Below are positions 1-8,519 of a DNA stretch of 27,514 bases, piece after piece. Source of the DNA: Polyangiales bacterium (GTDB lineage: Bacteria > Myxococcota_A > Polyangia > Polyangiales > Polyangiaceae). Made by a program: the position numbers and the translations under genes. The notes under the pieces are model-generated. The model was given only the letters and a program-made list of their open reading frames with translations. It did no database searches and was not told where the DNA came from. Position 1 is the first letter of the stretch, and every line of letters begins with the position of its first letter. The DNA lies in contig JBBRNJ010000103.1 of NCBI GenBank assembly GCA_038230375.1, forward strand, positions 1 to 27,514, in the 5' to 3' direction.

Positions 1-2
1 TG

Positions 3-1010
3 CCGAAGCAAGACCGCGTGAGCGTGGGCCTCCTGGGCGCCGACTACGAGATCGTGGACGACCGCTATCGCATCAAGCGGATCTTGAAGGGCGAGAACTA
101 CAACCCGAAGCTCCGCGCGCCGCTCACGCAGCCTGGCCTGGACGTGAAGGAAGGCGACTTCATCCTCTCGATCAACGGCCAGGACCTTCGCGGCAAGGAC
201 GACATCGATCGCCTGTTGCTCGGGCGCGCGGGCAAGCAGACCGTGCTGTCGCTCTCCGCCACGGCCAAGGGCGGCGGAGGCGCCGCGCGTCAGGTCACCG
301 TGGTGCCGACAGGTAACGACGGATCGCTGCGCCTTCGCACGTGGATGGAGGAGAACAAGAAGAAGGTCGACTCTCTCTCCGGCGGGCGCGTGGGCTACGT
401 GTTCTTGCCCGATACCCACGCGGGCGGCTTCGCCAACTTCAACCGCTATTACTTCTCGCAGGTGGGGAAGGACGCCGTCGTCATCGACGAGCGGTTCAAC
501 CACGGCGGCTACATCGCGGACTACATCGTCAACGTGCTGTCGTGGACGCCGTACATGGGCGCGGCCACGCGCGAGGGCGACGACATCACGATGCCCGCGC
601 AGGCCATCTTCGGCCCCAAGGTCATGATCGCGAACGAGATGAGCGGCTCCGGCGGTGACGCGTTGCCGTGGCTCTACAAGCGCGCGGCCATCGGACCGCT
701 CGTAGGCACGCGCACGTGGGGTGGCCTGGTCGGCATCGGTGGCTATCCGCGGTTGATCGACGGCGGCAAGGTGACCGCGCCGCGCTGGGCGCTCTACGGA
801 ACGAAGGGCGAATGGGAGGTCGAGAACCACGGCATCGCGCCCGACGTGGAGGTCATCCAGGATCCGGCGCTCGTGCGGCAAGGGCACGATCCGCAGCTCG
901 AAAAGGCCGTCGCGCTCGCTCTGGAGGCCCTCGCGAAGACCCCGCCGAAGAAGCTGACGCGGCCGGCGTACCCGGACTACGGCGCGCGCCTCCCCACGCA
1001 TCTACCCTGA
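3..1010 (+). CDS. Tricorn-like S41 family peptidase, C-terminal part (PDZ + catalytic domain); 5' end lies outside the window
   Basis: Frame is open from base 3. PDZ-like segment GLLGAD...VKEGDFILSING, then S41 motifs VIDERFNHGG, SGSGGD (catalytic Ser region), GTRTWGGLVG, VENHGIAPD and DPQLEKAV. Confidence 0.92.
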   Translation, partial: PKQDRVSVGLLGADYEIVDDRYRIKRILKGENYNPKLRAPLTQPGLDVKEGDFILSINGQDLRGKDDIDRLLLGRAGKQTVLSLSATAKGGGGAARQVTVVPTGNDGSLRLRTWMEENKKKVDSLSGGRVGYVFLPDTHAGGFANFNRYYFSQVGKDAVVIDERFNHGGYIADYIVNVLSWTPYMGAATREGDDITMPAQAIFGPKVMIANEMSGSGGDALPWLYKRAAIGPLVGTRTWGGLVGIGGYPRLIDGGKVTAPRWALYGTKGEWEVENHGIAPDVEVIQDPALVRQGHDPQLEKAVALALEALAKTPPKKLTRPAYPDYGARLPTHLP

Positions 1011-1031
1011 CTTCGCGCTATCATCCCATAG

Positions 1032-1769
1032 ATGCGTCGTCGCTTCTGGCTGCTCACATTGACGATCGGCATGGGCTGCGGAACCTTTGATGCGTACAAC
1101 GCAGCCGAGAGCCCGTCCGTCGATGGTGGGCTCGTGGACGGCGCGGCATCTGTCGATGCCACAGCGAGCATCCGCGGCGACGGCGCCACGGATGCGGCCG
1201 ACAACGGCGACGCGGGCACCACCGACGCAATGCCTTCGGCGGACGCGGCCGGCGACGCGGGTGGGACCACCAGGCGCATCCTGTTCATGACGCGAGGCAC
1301 GTTCAACGGCAACCTCGGCGGCGTGGCCAGTGCGTCTGGCGTTTGCAACGGACTGGCCGCGGATGCGGGCCTCGAACCTCCCTCCGGCTTCTTTTCGGTG
1401 CTGCTACCGAACACCCCGGATGCCGGGACCGATTACTCGCTCGCGCTCGACGCCGTCTATTATCGCGCGGACGGTGTGCGGATTGGTACTCGCGCCCAGC
1501 TCGCTCAAGCGTCGTTCACGGGCCTCCCGACCGATGGCGGCCTTGCGTTCGACGAGCGCGGCCTCCCCGTCTCGGACGGCAAGGCGGTATGGACGGGAGT
1601 CAACGCAGACCTCTCCCTCTCGGCAGCTAACTGTGGCCAGTGGTCGCTCGGCACCAACATGGCCGTTGGACACGTCGGCGTGCCCACCGACAACGGCGCA
1701 TGGGCGAGCGCGCCCGGGGACGTGAACTGCGACGCGTTGGTCCATCTCTATTGCTTTCAAACGCACTGA
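1032..1769 (+). CDS. Putative lipoprotein with DAG-rich linker and C-terminal DUF1554/endostatin-like domain
   Basis: Signal peptide with lipobox-like GMGC and an acidic DAG linker. The pattern 'LFMT..FNGNLGG...A...C...A', 'VWTG', 'NC..W', 'C....HLYCFQ' resembles DUF1554-type domains. Confidence 0.7.
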   Translation: MRRRFWLLTLTIGMGCGTFDAYNAAESPSVDGGLVDGAASVDATASIRGDGATDAADNGDAGTTDAMPSADAAGDAGGTTRRILFMTRGTFNGNLGGVASASGVCNGLAADAGLEPPSGFFSVLLPNTPDAGTDYSLALDAVYYRADGVRIGTRAQLAQASFTGLPTDGGLAFDERGLPVSDGKAVWTGVNADLSLSAANCGQWSLGTNMAVGHVGVPTDNGAWASAPGDVNCDALVHLYCFQTH

Positions 1770-1852
1770 GACAGAGCGTCGGGCGCGAGAGCTGCGCCCC
1801 GGGCGACGCGCCGAATTTGACGTGTTTCACCGTTCCATGCGATTCGTGAGAC

Positions 1853-4024
1853 ATGCGGGTCCAGCCCCTGACACGGACGCTCCTGGTTGCCCTGCTCGCC
1901 TCCACGGCGGCCATGGCGCAGGGACCCGTGCCATCTTCGAAGCCCAGCGCTGCTCCGGCACCGGCCACCGCGCCCGCGAGACCCGCCGCACCCGCGCCGC
2001 AGAAGGCTGCAGCGCCCGCACCAAAGCCGCCTGCGGCCGCCGCGGCGAAGGGCCCGAAGGCGCCCGCGCGGCCTGGTTCGCACGCGGACCCGAAGAAGCC
2101 CGTCATCACGGCAACGACCACGGACGAGGCGCGCATCGGCGCGGACACGCCAGAGCTCTCGGAGCTTGCACGCGCGGAGCGTGAGCTCTTCCCACCTTCG
2201 CTTCGCGAGCTTGGAAACCCGTGGCCCACCGATCTGCCGGGCACCCCGGACGATCCGCTCCATCCGCGCGTGCATGCCTCGGGACTGCCCGCGCAGCCTC
2301 CGCTCACGAGCATCCCGGTCGCCGAGGGCGGCAAGGACGTGTCGTGGCTCGCCAAGCTGGAGATGCCCGACCTGCCGGTGCGGTGGGATGCGAGAGTTGT
2401 AAGATACATCGAATTCTTCAAGGACGACCCACGCGGTCGCGCCATCTTCAGCGTGTGGATGAAGCGCTCGGGCCGCTACCGCGAGGCGATCAAGAAGACG
2501 CTGCGCAAGAAGGGCCTGCCGGAAGATCTCCTCTACCTGGCCATGGCAGAGAGCGGCTTCGAGGCCAGCGCGCGCTCGCCCGCAGGCGCGCAGGGCGTGT
2601 GGCAGTTCATGCCGGAGACGGGCCGGCTGTTCGGCCTCACGCAGGATCGCTGGGCAGATCAGCGGCTGAACGTACCGCTCGCGACCGAGGCTGCCGCGGA
2701 CTACCTGGCGGACCTGCACAAACGGTTTGGTACGTGGGAGCTCGCGATGGCCTCGTACAACATGGGCTATGGCGGCGTGATCTCCGCGCTGCGTCGCTAC
2801 AACACGAACGACTACTGGGCGCTGTCCAGGGCAGAGGGCAGCCTTCCGTGGGAGACCACGCTCTACGTTCCGAAGATCCTCGCGCTGGCGGTGCTCGGCA
2901 AGAATGCGGCCGCGCTCGGCTGGAAGGACCTTCCGTTCGAGGCGTCGCTGGATGGGCAGGACGTCACGGTGCCGCCGTCCACGTCCCTGGCAAGCGTGGC
3001 GCAGGCCGCGGGCGTGACGGTGAAGGAGATCGCGGAGCGAAATCCGGAGCTGCGCGCGCAGCGTACGCCGCCCGGTGAGCCGTATGCAGTGAAGGTGCCG
3101 CCGGCAAAGGCCGCGGTCTGCGCGCAGAACCTGCCCAGGGTCGCGAAGGCGGAGTCGCCGACGGAGAAGTACACCGTGCGCTTCGGTGAGTCGCTGGAGC
3201 AGATCGCTTCGGCGCGCGGCTGCTCGACGCAGAAGCTCGTGGAGCTGAACGCGCTCGGCCCGCAAGAGACCGTGCGCGGCGGCACGGTGTTGCTGGTGCC
3301 TCCGGCGAAGAACGCGAAGACGTTGCCGGCGCAGCCCGCGCCAACGGGCGCTGCCCCTGTTCCAGGTCAGGCCTCCGTGGCCACGACAGACGCGAAGGAC
3401 CGGCCCACGGTGGTGGTGCCACAGGACGTGTTCGTCTACCCGGATCGAACGCGTGTATTCTACAAGGTGATCGCCGGCGACCAGCTCTCGGATATCGCGA
3501 CCAAGTTCAAGGTCACGGTCGACGACCTGCGTCGCTGGAACGAAATCGAGCCTGCCGCGCGCCTGATCGAGGGCATGACGCTGCAGATGTTCTTGCCGCA
3601 GGGCGTGGACGCGTCGTCGCAGGCGGTGCTGTTGCACGAGCGCGACGTGACCATCGTGCATGCCGGCTCCGACGAGTTCTTCTCGCGCTTCGAAGACAAG
3701 GGACGGAAGCGCATCGTGGTCACGACGCAGAAGGCGGAGACCATGGAGGCCGTGGGCCGCCGCTATGGCGTGACGCCCAGCCTCATGGAGCGCATCAACC
3801 GACGCCCGCGCAGCGACGTCCTGAAAGAGAATGAGAGCGTGGTCGTCTATCTCCCCTCCACCGCGCCGGCCGCGCGCCCCCAGCCGCAGCCGTCGCAGGC
3901 GAAGACGCCCCCGCCCACGCCGCAAGCGTCCCTCGATCGCAACGAGCCCATCCCCGAGCCAATGACCCCACTCGCCGAAGTCACGGCGCCCGCTCCAGAG
4001 CTACTGCCGCCGCTACCGAACTAG
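1853..4024 (+). CDS. mltD: MltD-like lytic murein transglycosylase (SLT domain + several LysM domains)
   Basis: Signal peptide and Pro/Ala linker. SLT motifs AESGF (catalytic Glu), GVWQFM and LAMASYNMG. LysM-like repeats YTVRFGESLEQIA and YKVIAGDQLSDIA...LRRWN. Confidence 0.85.
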   Translation: MRVQPLTRTLLVALLASTAAMAQGPVPSSKPSAAPAPATAPARPAAPAPQKAAAPAPKPPAAAAAKGPKAPARPGSHADPKKPVITATTTDEARIGADTPELSELARAERELFPPSLRELGNPWPTDLPGTPDDPLHPRVHASGLPAQPPLTSIPVAEGGKDVSWLAKLEMPDLPVRWDARVVRYIEFFKDDPRGRAIFSVWMKRSGRYREAIKKTLRKKGLPEDLLYLAMAESGFEASARSPAGAQGVWQFMPETGRLFGLTQDRWADQRLNVPLATEAAADYLADLHKRFGTWELAMASYNMGYGGVISALRRYNTNDYWALSRAEGSLPWETTLYVPKILALAVLGKNAAALGWKDLPFEASLDGQDVTVPPSTSLASVAQAAGVTVKEIAERNPELRAQRTPPGEPYAVKVPPAKAAVCAQNLPRVAKAESPTEKYTVRFGESLEQIASARGCSTQKLVELNALGPQETVRGGTVLLVPPAKNAKTLPAQPAPTGAAPVPGQASVATTDAKDRPTVVVPQDVFVYPDRTRVFYKVIAGDQLSDIATKFKVTVDDLRRWNEIEPAARLIEGMTLQMFLPQGVDASSQAVLLHERDVTIVHAGSDEFFSRFEDKGRKRIVVTTQKAETMEAVGRRYGVTPSLMERINRRPRSDVLKENESVVVYLPSTAPAARPQPQPSQAKTPPPTPQASLDRNEPIPEPMTPLAEVTAPAPELLPPLPN

Positions 4025-4027
4025 CCA

Positions 4028-4072
4028 GAGGTCGAGGTCGAAGTCGAGGTCGAAGTCGAAGTCGAGGTCGTC
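4028..4072 (+). repeat. (GTCGAR)n hexamer tract, ~7 units, between convergent genes
   Basis: GAG GTCGAG GTCGAA GTCGAG GTCGAA GTCGAA GTCGAG GTCGTC, starting 3 bp after the mltD stop. Confidence 0.95.
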
Positions 4073-4085
4073 GTTTCCCCATCTC

Positions 4086-4757
4086 TCACTTCGGAAGCAC
4101 GCAGCAGAAGAACCCCGCTCCCGCTGGCAGCCGCAGCCACAGTCCGGCGCTTGCTACCGCCGCGTGCTCTCCTCCCGGCAGCTTCTGATTTCCGATCTCC
4201 GCAAACGCGCCAAGCCCGGGCACGCCCGTGATCACGCCTCCGCCGTCATGGTTCGAGGACCAGCTTGCCGGTGTGTACGTGAACATCTCGGCGCCGAGCC
4301 GCCCGAAGATCGCATAGCCGGTTCCACCATGACCCTGGTCTGCGAGGAGCGCCTCACCGCGCGCCGACAGCAGAATACGCGCCCATTCGCCGCGCCACAG
4401 GATCGGGCCGACCTCGCCGTACATTCCGTGCAGCGTGCGATCACCGAGACCGATGTTCGTGTAGACGTAGCCGATGCCCGCGTCGATGCGCGTGTCCTCC
4501 GGCCGCAAGATGCTCGCGAGGTGCACGCCAGCCGCGAACCGCAGATCGTTCTCACCGGAACGCGGCAGCACGCGCTTCCCGGGAGGGAGTACGAGCGTGG
4601 TCGCAGGTGCCGGTGCGCCCTGGATCCCGAGCCGTGCGCCGTCGGAGATCTCCACCTTGCCGGGCGGCAGCAGGACCGGCACACACGCCGAGATCGCCGA
4701 GATCACAAGGAGACCCGACGCTGCGGAGTATGCCGGTCTCGCGCTCGCGCCCATCAC
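4086..4757 (-). CDS. Hypothetical lipoprotein / possible beta-stranded outer-membrane protein
   Basis: Lipobox-like ISAC and amphipathic Gly/aromatic strands (IDAGIGYVY, GMYGEVG, LGAFAEIG). Fits the gap between the neighbouring genes. Confidence 0.65.
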   Translation of the reverse strand: MMGASARPAYSAASGLLVISAISACVPVLLPPGKVEISDGARLGIQGAPAPATTLVLPPGKRVLPRSGENDLRFAAGVHLASILRPEDTRIDAGIGYVYTNIGLGDRTLHGMYGEVGPILWRGEWARILLSARGEALLADQGHGGTGYAIFGRLGAEMFTYTPASWSSNHDGGGVITGVPGLGAFAEIGNQKLPGGEHAAVASAGLWLRLPAGAGFFCCVLPK

Positions 4758-4881
4758 AAGATGATACCCGGGCCTCCGGTTCGTCGGAGATCTTCGAGCT
4801 CAGGTGTGACAGGGGCCGCAGCTCGTCCGGAGACGCGATTGGGTCCACCCCGTGAACCACCCCACGCGTAGGCTCCGGCGC

Positions 4882-5922
4882 ATGAAGCTTCACCTCTACA
4901 CCGCGCTCCCGCTCTCCGTGCTCGCGCTCGCAGGCTGCCCCAGCTCTTCAAGCTCCAGCGGCACCACCAGCACCACCAGCAGCGCCGCGCCATCCGCCGC
5001 GCCGCTCGCATCGGCCCCGCCGGTCACCTCTTCGTCCGCGACTCCGCAGACCGAGGGACGCGAGCATGGCGGACCCCGCATGCGCAAGGGCCCCGGCCAG
5101 ATGTACTTCCGCGCCGCGCGCGATCTCACTGATCTGAAGGAGCCGCAGAAGGCTTCGCTCGAGAAGATCATGGAGACCCTGAAGGAGCAGCCCGGCTCCA
5201 AGCCCGAGTTCAAGGACTTCCAGGCGGAGCTGCTGACAGAGGTCAAGGCCGGCAAGATCGAGCAAGCGAAGCTCGATCCGAAGATCAAGGCGATCGAGAC
5301 GGCGATGCAGACGCGCCTCGATGGCGAGGCGGACAATCTGACCAAGCTGCACGACCTGCTCGAGCCCGCGCAGCGCAAGGCGCTCACGGCCGCCGTCGCG
5401 GCGAAGCAGGCGAAGATGGAAGCGCACTTCATGGAGATGAAGGACGCGGGCGTAGCGCCGCCCAAGGCCGGGGACATCACGCGCCTGAAGGTCACGCGCA
5501 TCACGAACGACCTCGGCCTGGATGCCGCGCAGGACAAGGCGATTGACGCTGTGGTCGCGAAGGCCACGCCCAAGGCGGAGACGCCCGGCGACGCGCGCAC
5601 GGAGTGGAAGGCGCAGGCCTCTGTGCTGTCCACCGCGTTCGAGAAGGACGCGTTCGACGCGAAGAAGCAGGACTTCTTCTCCAAGGCCAACAAGAAGGGC
5701 CACGAGGGCCTCCAGGATCAGGTCGATCTGCTCACGCTCGTCGTGCCCGTGTTGAAGCCGGAGCAGCGCGAGAAGCTCGCCGCGAAGCTGGAGCACCCCT
5801 CCCACACCCCGCAGGGCGGGCCCGAGGGACACGTCGAGCCGCACTACGGCTTCGAGAAGCACTGGACCGGCCCCTGGCAGGAAGAGGACGGCGAGGGCCA
5901 CGGCGGCGGCGGAAACAAGTAG
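4882..5922 (+). CDS. Lipoprotein with tandem Spy/CpxP-like (LTxxQ) helical domains
   Basis: ATG 4882 gives MKLHLYTALPLSVLALAGC (lipobox LAGC), then a Ser/Thr linker and four LTxxQ-like motifs (LKEPQ, LEPAQ, LDAAQ, LKPEQ). Confidence 0.7.
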   Translation: MKLHLYTALPLSVLALAGCPSSSSSSGTTSTTSSAAPSAAPLASAPPVTSSSATPQTEGREHGGPRMRKGPGQMYFRAARDLTDLKEPQKASLEKIMETLKEQPGSKPEFKDFQAELLTEVKAGKIEQAKLDPKIKAIETAMQTRLDGEADNLTKLHDLLEPAQRKALTAAVAAKQAKMEAHFMEMKDAGVAPPKAGDITRLKVTRITNDLGLDAAQDKAIDAVVAKATPKAETPGDARTEWKAQASVLSTAFEKDAFDAKKQDFFSKANKKGHEGLQDQVDLLTLVVPVLKPEQREKLAAKLEHPSHTPQGGPEGHVEPHYGFEKHWTGPWQEEDGEGHGGGGNK

Positions 5923-5927
5923 GTCGC

Positions 5928-5971
5928 CGCGATCACAGCCGGCTATGAACGCGATCACAGCCGGCCATGAA
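5928..5971. repeat. 22-bp tandem duplication between convergent genes
   Basis: CGCGATCACAGCCGGCTATGAA followed by CGCGATCACAGCCGGCCATGAA (one mismatch). Confidence 0.9.
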
Positions 5972-5990
5972 CCGACCACGTAGCGACGCT

Positions 5991-6149
5991 TCAGAAGTGG
6001 GCGGGGCGATCCGCGGGACGGTCGCTGATGCGGGAGTCGCGCAGGCTTCGTGCGTCGGCTCCGGTGGTGGCGCATGCGGTGAGCTGCGATAGCGTACCTG
6101 CTCCGAGCAAGAGAATGACCGCGACCTTCCAGGGCTCCGGCTTGTGCAT
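5991..6149 (-). CDS. Small (52 aa) putative lipoprotein
   Basis: GAGGAGG RBS ahead of ATG 6149, hydrophobic stretch VAVILLLGAG, lipobox LTAC. Confidence 0.6.
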   Translation of the reverse strand: MHKPEPWKVAVILLLGAGTLSQLTACATTGADARSLRDSRISDRPADRPAHF

Positions 6150-6283
6150 GGGTGAGTCCTCCTCGCGCGTCAACCGCGCATGAAGGAGACACCGCTCGTG
6201 GATGGTGGGATCGCAGGATTCTGCACCCGCGCGAAAATGAGTAGCCGCGTGTGGGGCGAGCGGCGCTGTCGTCGCCCCGATGG

Positions 6284-7978
6284 CTACTGGTTCTTCTTCT
6301 TCTTCTTCGGCGGCTTCTTCGTGGGCGGCGGCGGCGGATCCGGATCCGGCGGTGGCTTCACGTCGGCCACGGGCTCGGGTGGCGTGGGCGCGACGTCGGG
6401 CGTCTTCGTGCCCGCAGCGTCAGAAGAAGGGGTGCCAAGGCCGCCGTCAGCGCCGAGGCCAGCGCCGCCCGCGTCGGGGTCCTTCTTCTTGTCGTCGTCC
6501 TTCTTGTCGTCCTTCTTCTTCGGCGCCTCGTAGTCGAAGCGGTACTCCAGGCCCACGCCAAGGACGTCGGCGCGGTGGCTGTAGTTGCCGCCGTTGATCG
6601 CCTCCTGGTACTTCACCGTGTTGCCCTGCACGGGGCTCACGCGTGAGATGGCCGCCGTGGCCGGATCGACCGAGACGTCGAACGCGAACACGTGCGCGTA
6701 GACGACGTCGAGCCGTAGCTTGTGCTCCATCAGCCACATGGATCCGCCGATGGCCGCGGTGACCTTGTCCGAGTCCGTGGTGAGCGGTGACACGTAGTTG
6801 GTGGGGATGGCGCTGGACTCGTAGTTCACGCCGATGCGCGTGGCGAGCGGGTAGCCGCCGGCGATGTACGAGAGCTCGCCGCCAAGCCGCACGGAGTTGC
6901 TGTCCTGGAAGTTGCGCGGCAGCGTGATGGGCGCCACGCTGATGGGGCTCGGAAATCCGGTGATCCCGGAGAGCGCGATGTTGTCGGGCCGCAGGTCGAT
7001 CGACTGATGCATGGACCAGAACTCGCGCACGTACGCGGCCTCCACGCGGATCTCCTTCTGGTTCTCCAGCGGCGTGCGGTACTCCACGCCCGCGCGCAGA
7101 ACGGCGGGCAGCGTGAAGCGAACGTGGCCCTGGTTGCCCGTCTGGGTCGCGTGGTCGAACACGGCGCCATCCGCGAAGCGAACACCGACGGTCGCAGGCG
7201 CGTTGATGTTCACTGGCAGCTGGACGGACGCGCCGAGGCGCAGCTGATCGATCGGGATCCCGGTGATGCCAAAGTTCGCGCTCGGAGAGAAGATGGGCCC
7301 GACCTTGAGCGAGCTGCTCGTGTCGTAGTTCGGATCCTCTGGCGCAGAGATCAGGCGGTCGGGCGGGGAAGCGCTGAACACGACGGCCGACTGGAAGGTA
7401 CCAACGAGCGCCTGCAATCCGCCGCCGATCCGGATGCGTTCGATGGGCTTGTATGCGAGGTACGCGCCCGACAGCACGAGCGCGGACCCGTCCAGCGAGA
7501 CCAGCGAGTAGCGCGATGGCGCGGGCGTGCCGTTCACCGTGGTGGGGTAGCTGGTGATGGCGGTGTACGGCGACATGATGCCGAGCGCGACGGTGAACGC
7601 GTGGTCCTTGCCGAACGCGTACGAGCCGCCGAGCGTGGGGATCGGCAAGACCGGCGACGTGCCGCTGACGCTGGGGAACTGGTACAGGTGCCCGGCCGCG
7701 CCCGCCCCGCTGCCGTCGTACACGAGCGACTTGCGCGTGAAATCACTTGTATAGTGCAACCAACTTGCGTCGAGCAGGAAGCTGGTGCCAGCGTCCGCGA
7801 GGCCGGCCGGGTTGTACCACATGGCGCCCAGGTCATCGGCGCCGGCCACGAACGCGCCGCCGCGCGCCAGGGGTCGCACGCCGCGATCCGAGAAGTAGAG
7901 GCCGGACGCGTGCGCATTCGCGCTCACGAAGAGCGGCGCGACGAGCGCAAGCGAAGCGAGGAGCCGAGCGTGTCTCAA
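6284..7978 (-). CDS. FadL/OmpP1/TodX-family outer-membrane hydrophobic-compound channel with C-terminal extension (start uncertain: TTG 7978 or GTG 8029)
   Basis: Signal peptide ending AHA, mature N-terminus SGLY...LARGGAFVA.ADD..AMWYNPAGL (FadL hatch/NPA motif), beta-strand pattern, barrel end GVGLEYRF. Confidence 0.88.
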   Translation of the reverse strand: MRHARLLASLALVAPLFVSANAHASGLYFSDRGVRPLARGGAFVAGADDLGAMWYNPAGLADAGTSFLLDASWLHYTSDFTRKSLVYDGSGAGAAGHLYQFPSVSGTSPVLPIPTLGGSYAFGKDHAFTVALGIMSPYTAITSYPTTVNGTPAPSRYSLVSLDGSALVLSGAYLAYKPIERIRIGGGLQALVGTFQSAVVFSASPPDRLISAPEDPNYDTSSSLKVGPIFSPSANFGITGIPIDQLRLGASVQLPVNINAPATVGVRFADGAVFDHATQTGNQGHVRFTLPAVLRAGVEYRTPLENQKEIRVEAAYVREFWSMHQSIDLRPDNIALSGITGFPSPISVAPITLPRNFQDSNSVRLGGELSYIAGGYPLATRIGVNYESSAIPTNYVSPLTTDSDKVTAAIGGSMWLMEHKLRLDVVYAHVFAFDVSVDPATAAISRVSPVQGNTVKYQEAINGGNYSHRADVLGVGLEYRFDYEAPKKKDDKKDDDKKKDPDAGGAGLGADGGLGTPSSDAAGTKTPDVAPTPPEPVADVKPPPDPDPPPPPTKKPPKKKKKNQ

Positions 7979-8064
7979 GAACCCCAGTCTCGCACACGAT
8001 GCCACGGATCTGCCGCAAAAATGCGGCACCGGTGCGTCATGACCACCCAGGTCCTTGTCCCCCG

Positions 8065-8394
8065 CTAGCCGGTTTGCTTCTCCAGTTTTCGGATGCGGCG
8101 CTCGTGGTCGTTCACCTGGCCGTTCAGCGTGCGGGTCGCGCGGAGCTCGTCCCGCACCAGATGGACTGCGGCGGCCACGGCGACCAGCTCAGTAGCGAGT
8201 CGCACTTCCGTTTCGGTCTGACGCTTCTCCAGGTGCACGACGGTCTCGCGCAGCTCTCGCACTTCGCCACGCAGTCCGCCTACGTCGGTGCGCAGCTCTC
8301 GCACCTCACCGCGCACTCCGCTCACTTCGTCGCGGACGCCGGTGATCTCGTCGCGGATCTGGATCAGCACTTGTGTAGTCAGGTCCTTCGCCAT
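8065..8394 (-). CDS. Small coiled-coil protein with heptad repeats
   Basis: Heptads RDEITGV RDEVSGV RGEVREL RTDVGGL RGEVREL, matching 21/42-bp DNA repeats at ~8250-8355. GGAG lies upstream of ATG 8394. Confidence 0.8.
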   Translation of the reverse strand: MAKDLTTQVLIQIRDEITGVRDEVSGVRGEVRELRTDVGGLRGEVRELRETVVHLEKRQTETEVRLATELVAVAAAVHLVRDELRATRTLNGQVNDHERRIRKLEKQTG

Positions 8395-8420
8395 GGCATC
8401 TCCATTCTAGCACGCAGCCA

Positions 8421-8436
8421 AGCGAAGGCCGTGCCA
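8421..8436 (-). promoter_or_regulatory. Putative sigma54 -24/-12 promoter
   Basis: Minus strand reads TGGCACG-GCCT-TCGCT (GG-N10-GC), 26 bp upstream of ATG 8394. An extended -10-like TGCTAGAAT also lies at 8405-8413. Confidence 0.6.
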
Positions 8437-8519
8437 GGGCAGAACAAGGCGAATTCGTGCCGTCGCTGGGGACCCTATGCGGACCCAGGTGGCCGGGGTC
8501 ACCGTTGCTGTGTCCGCGG

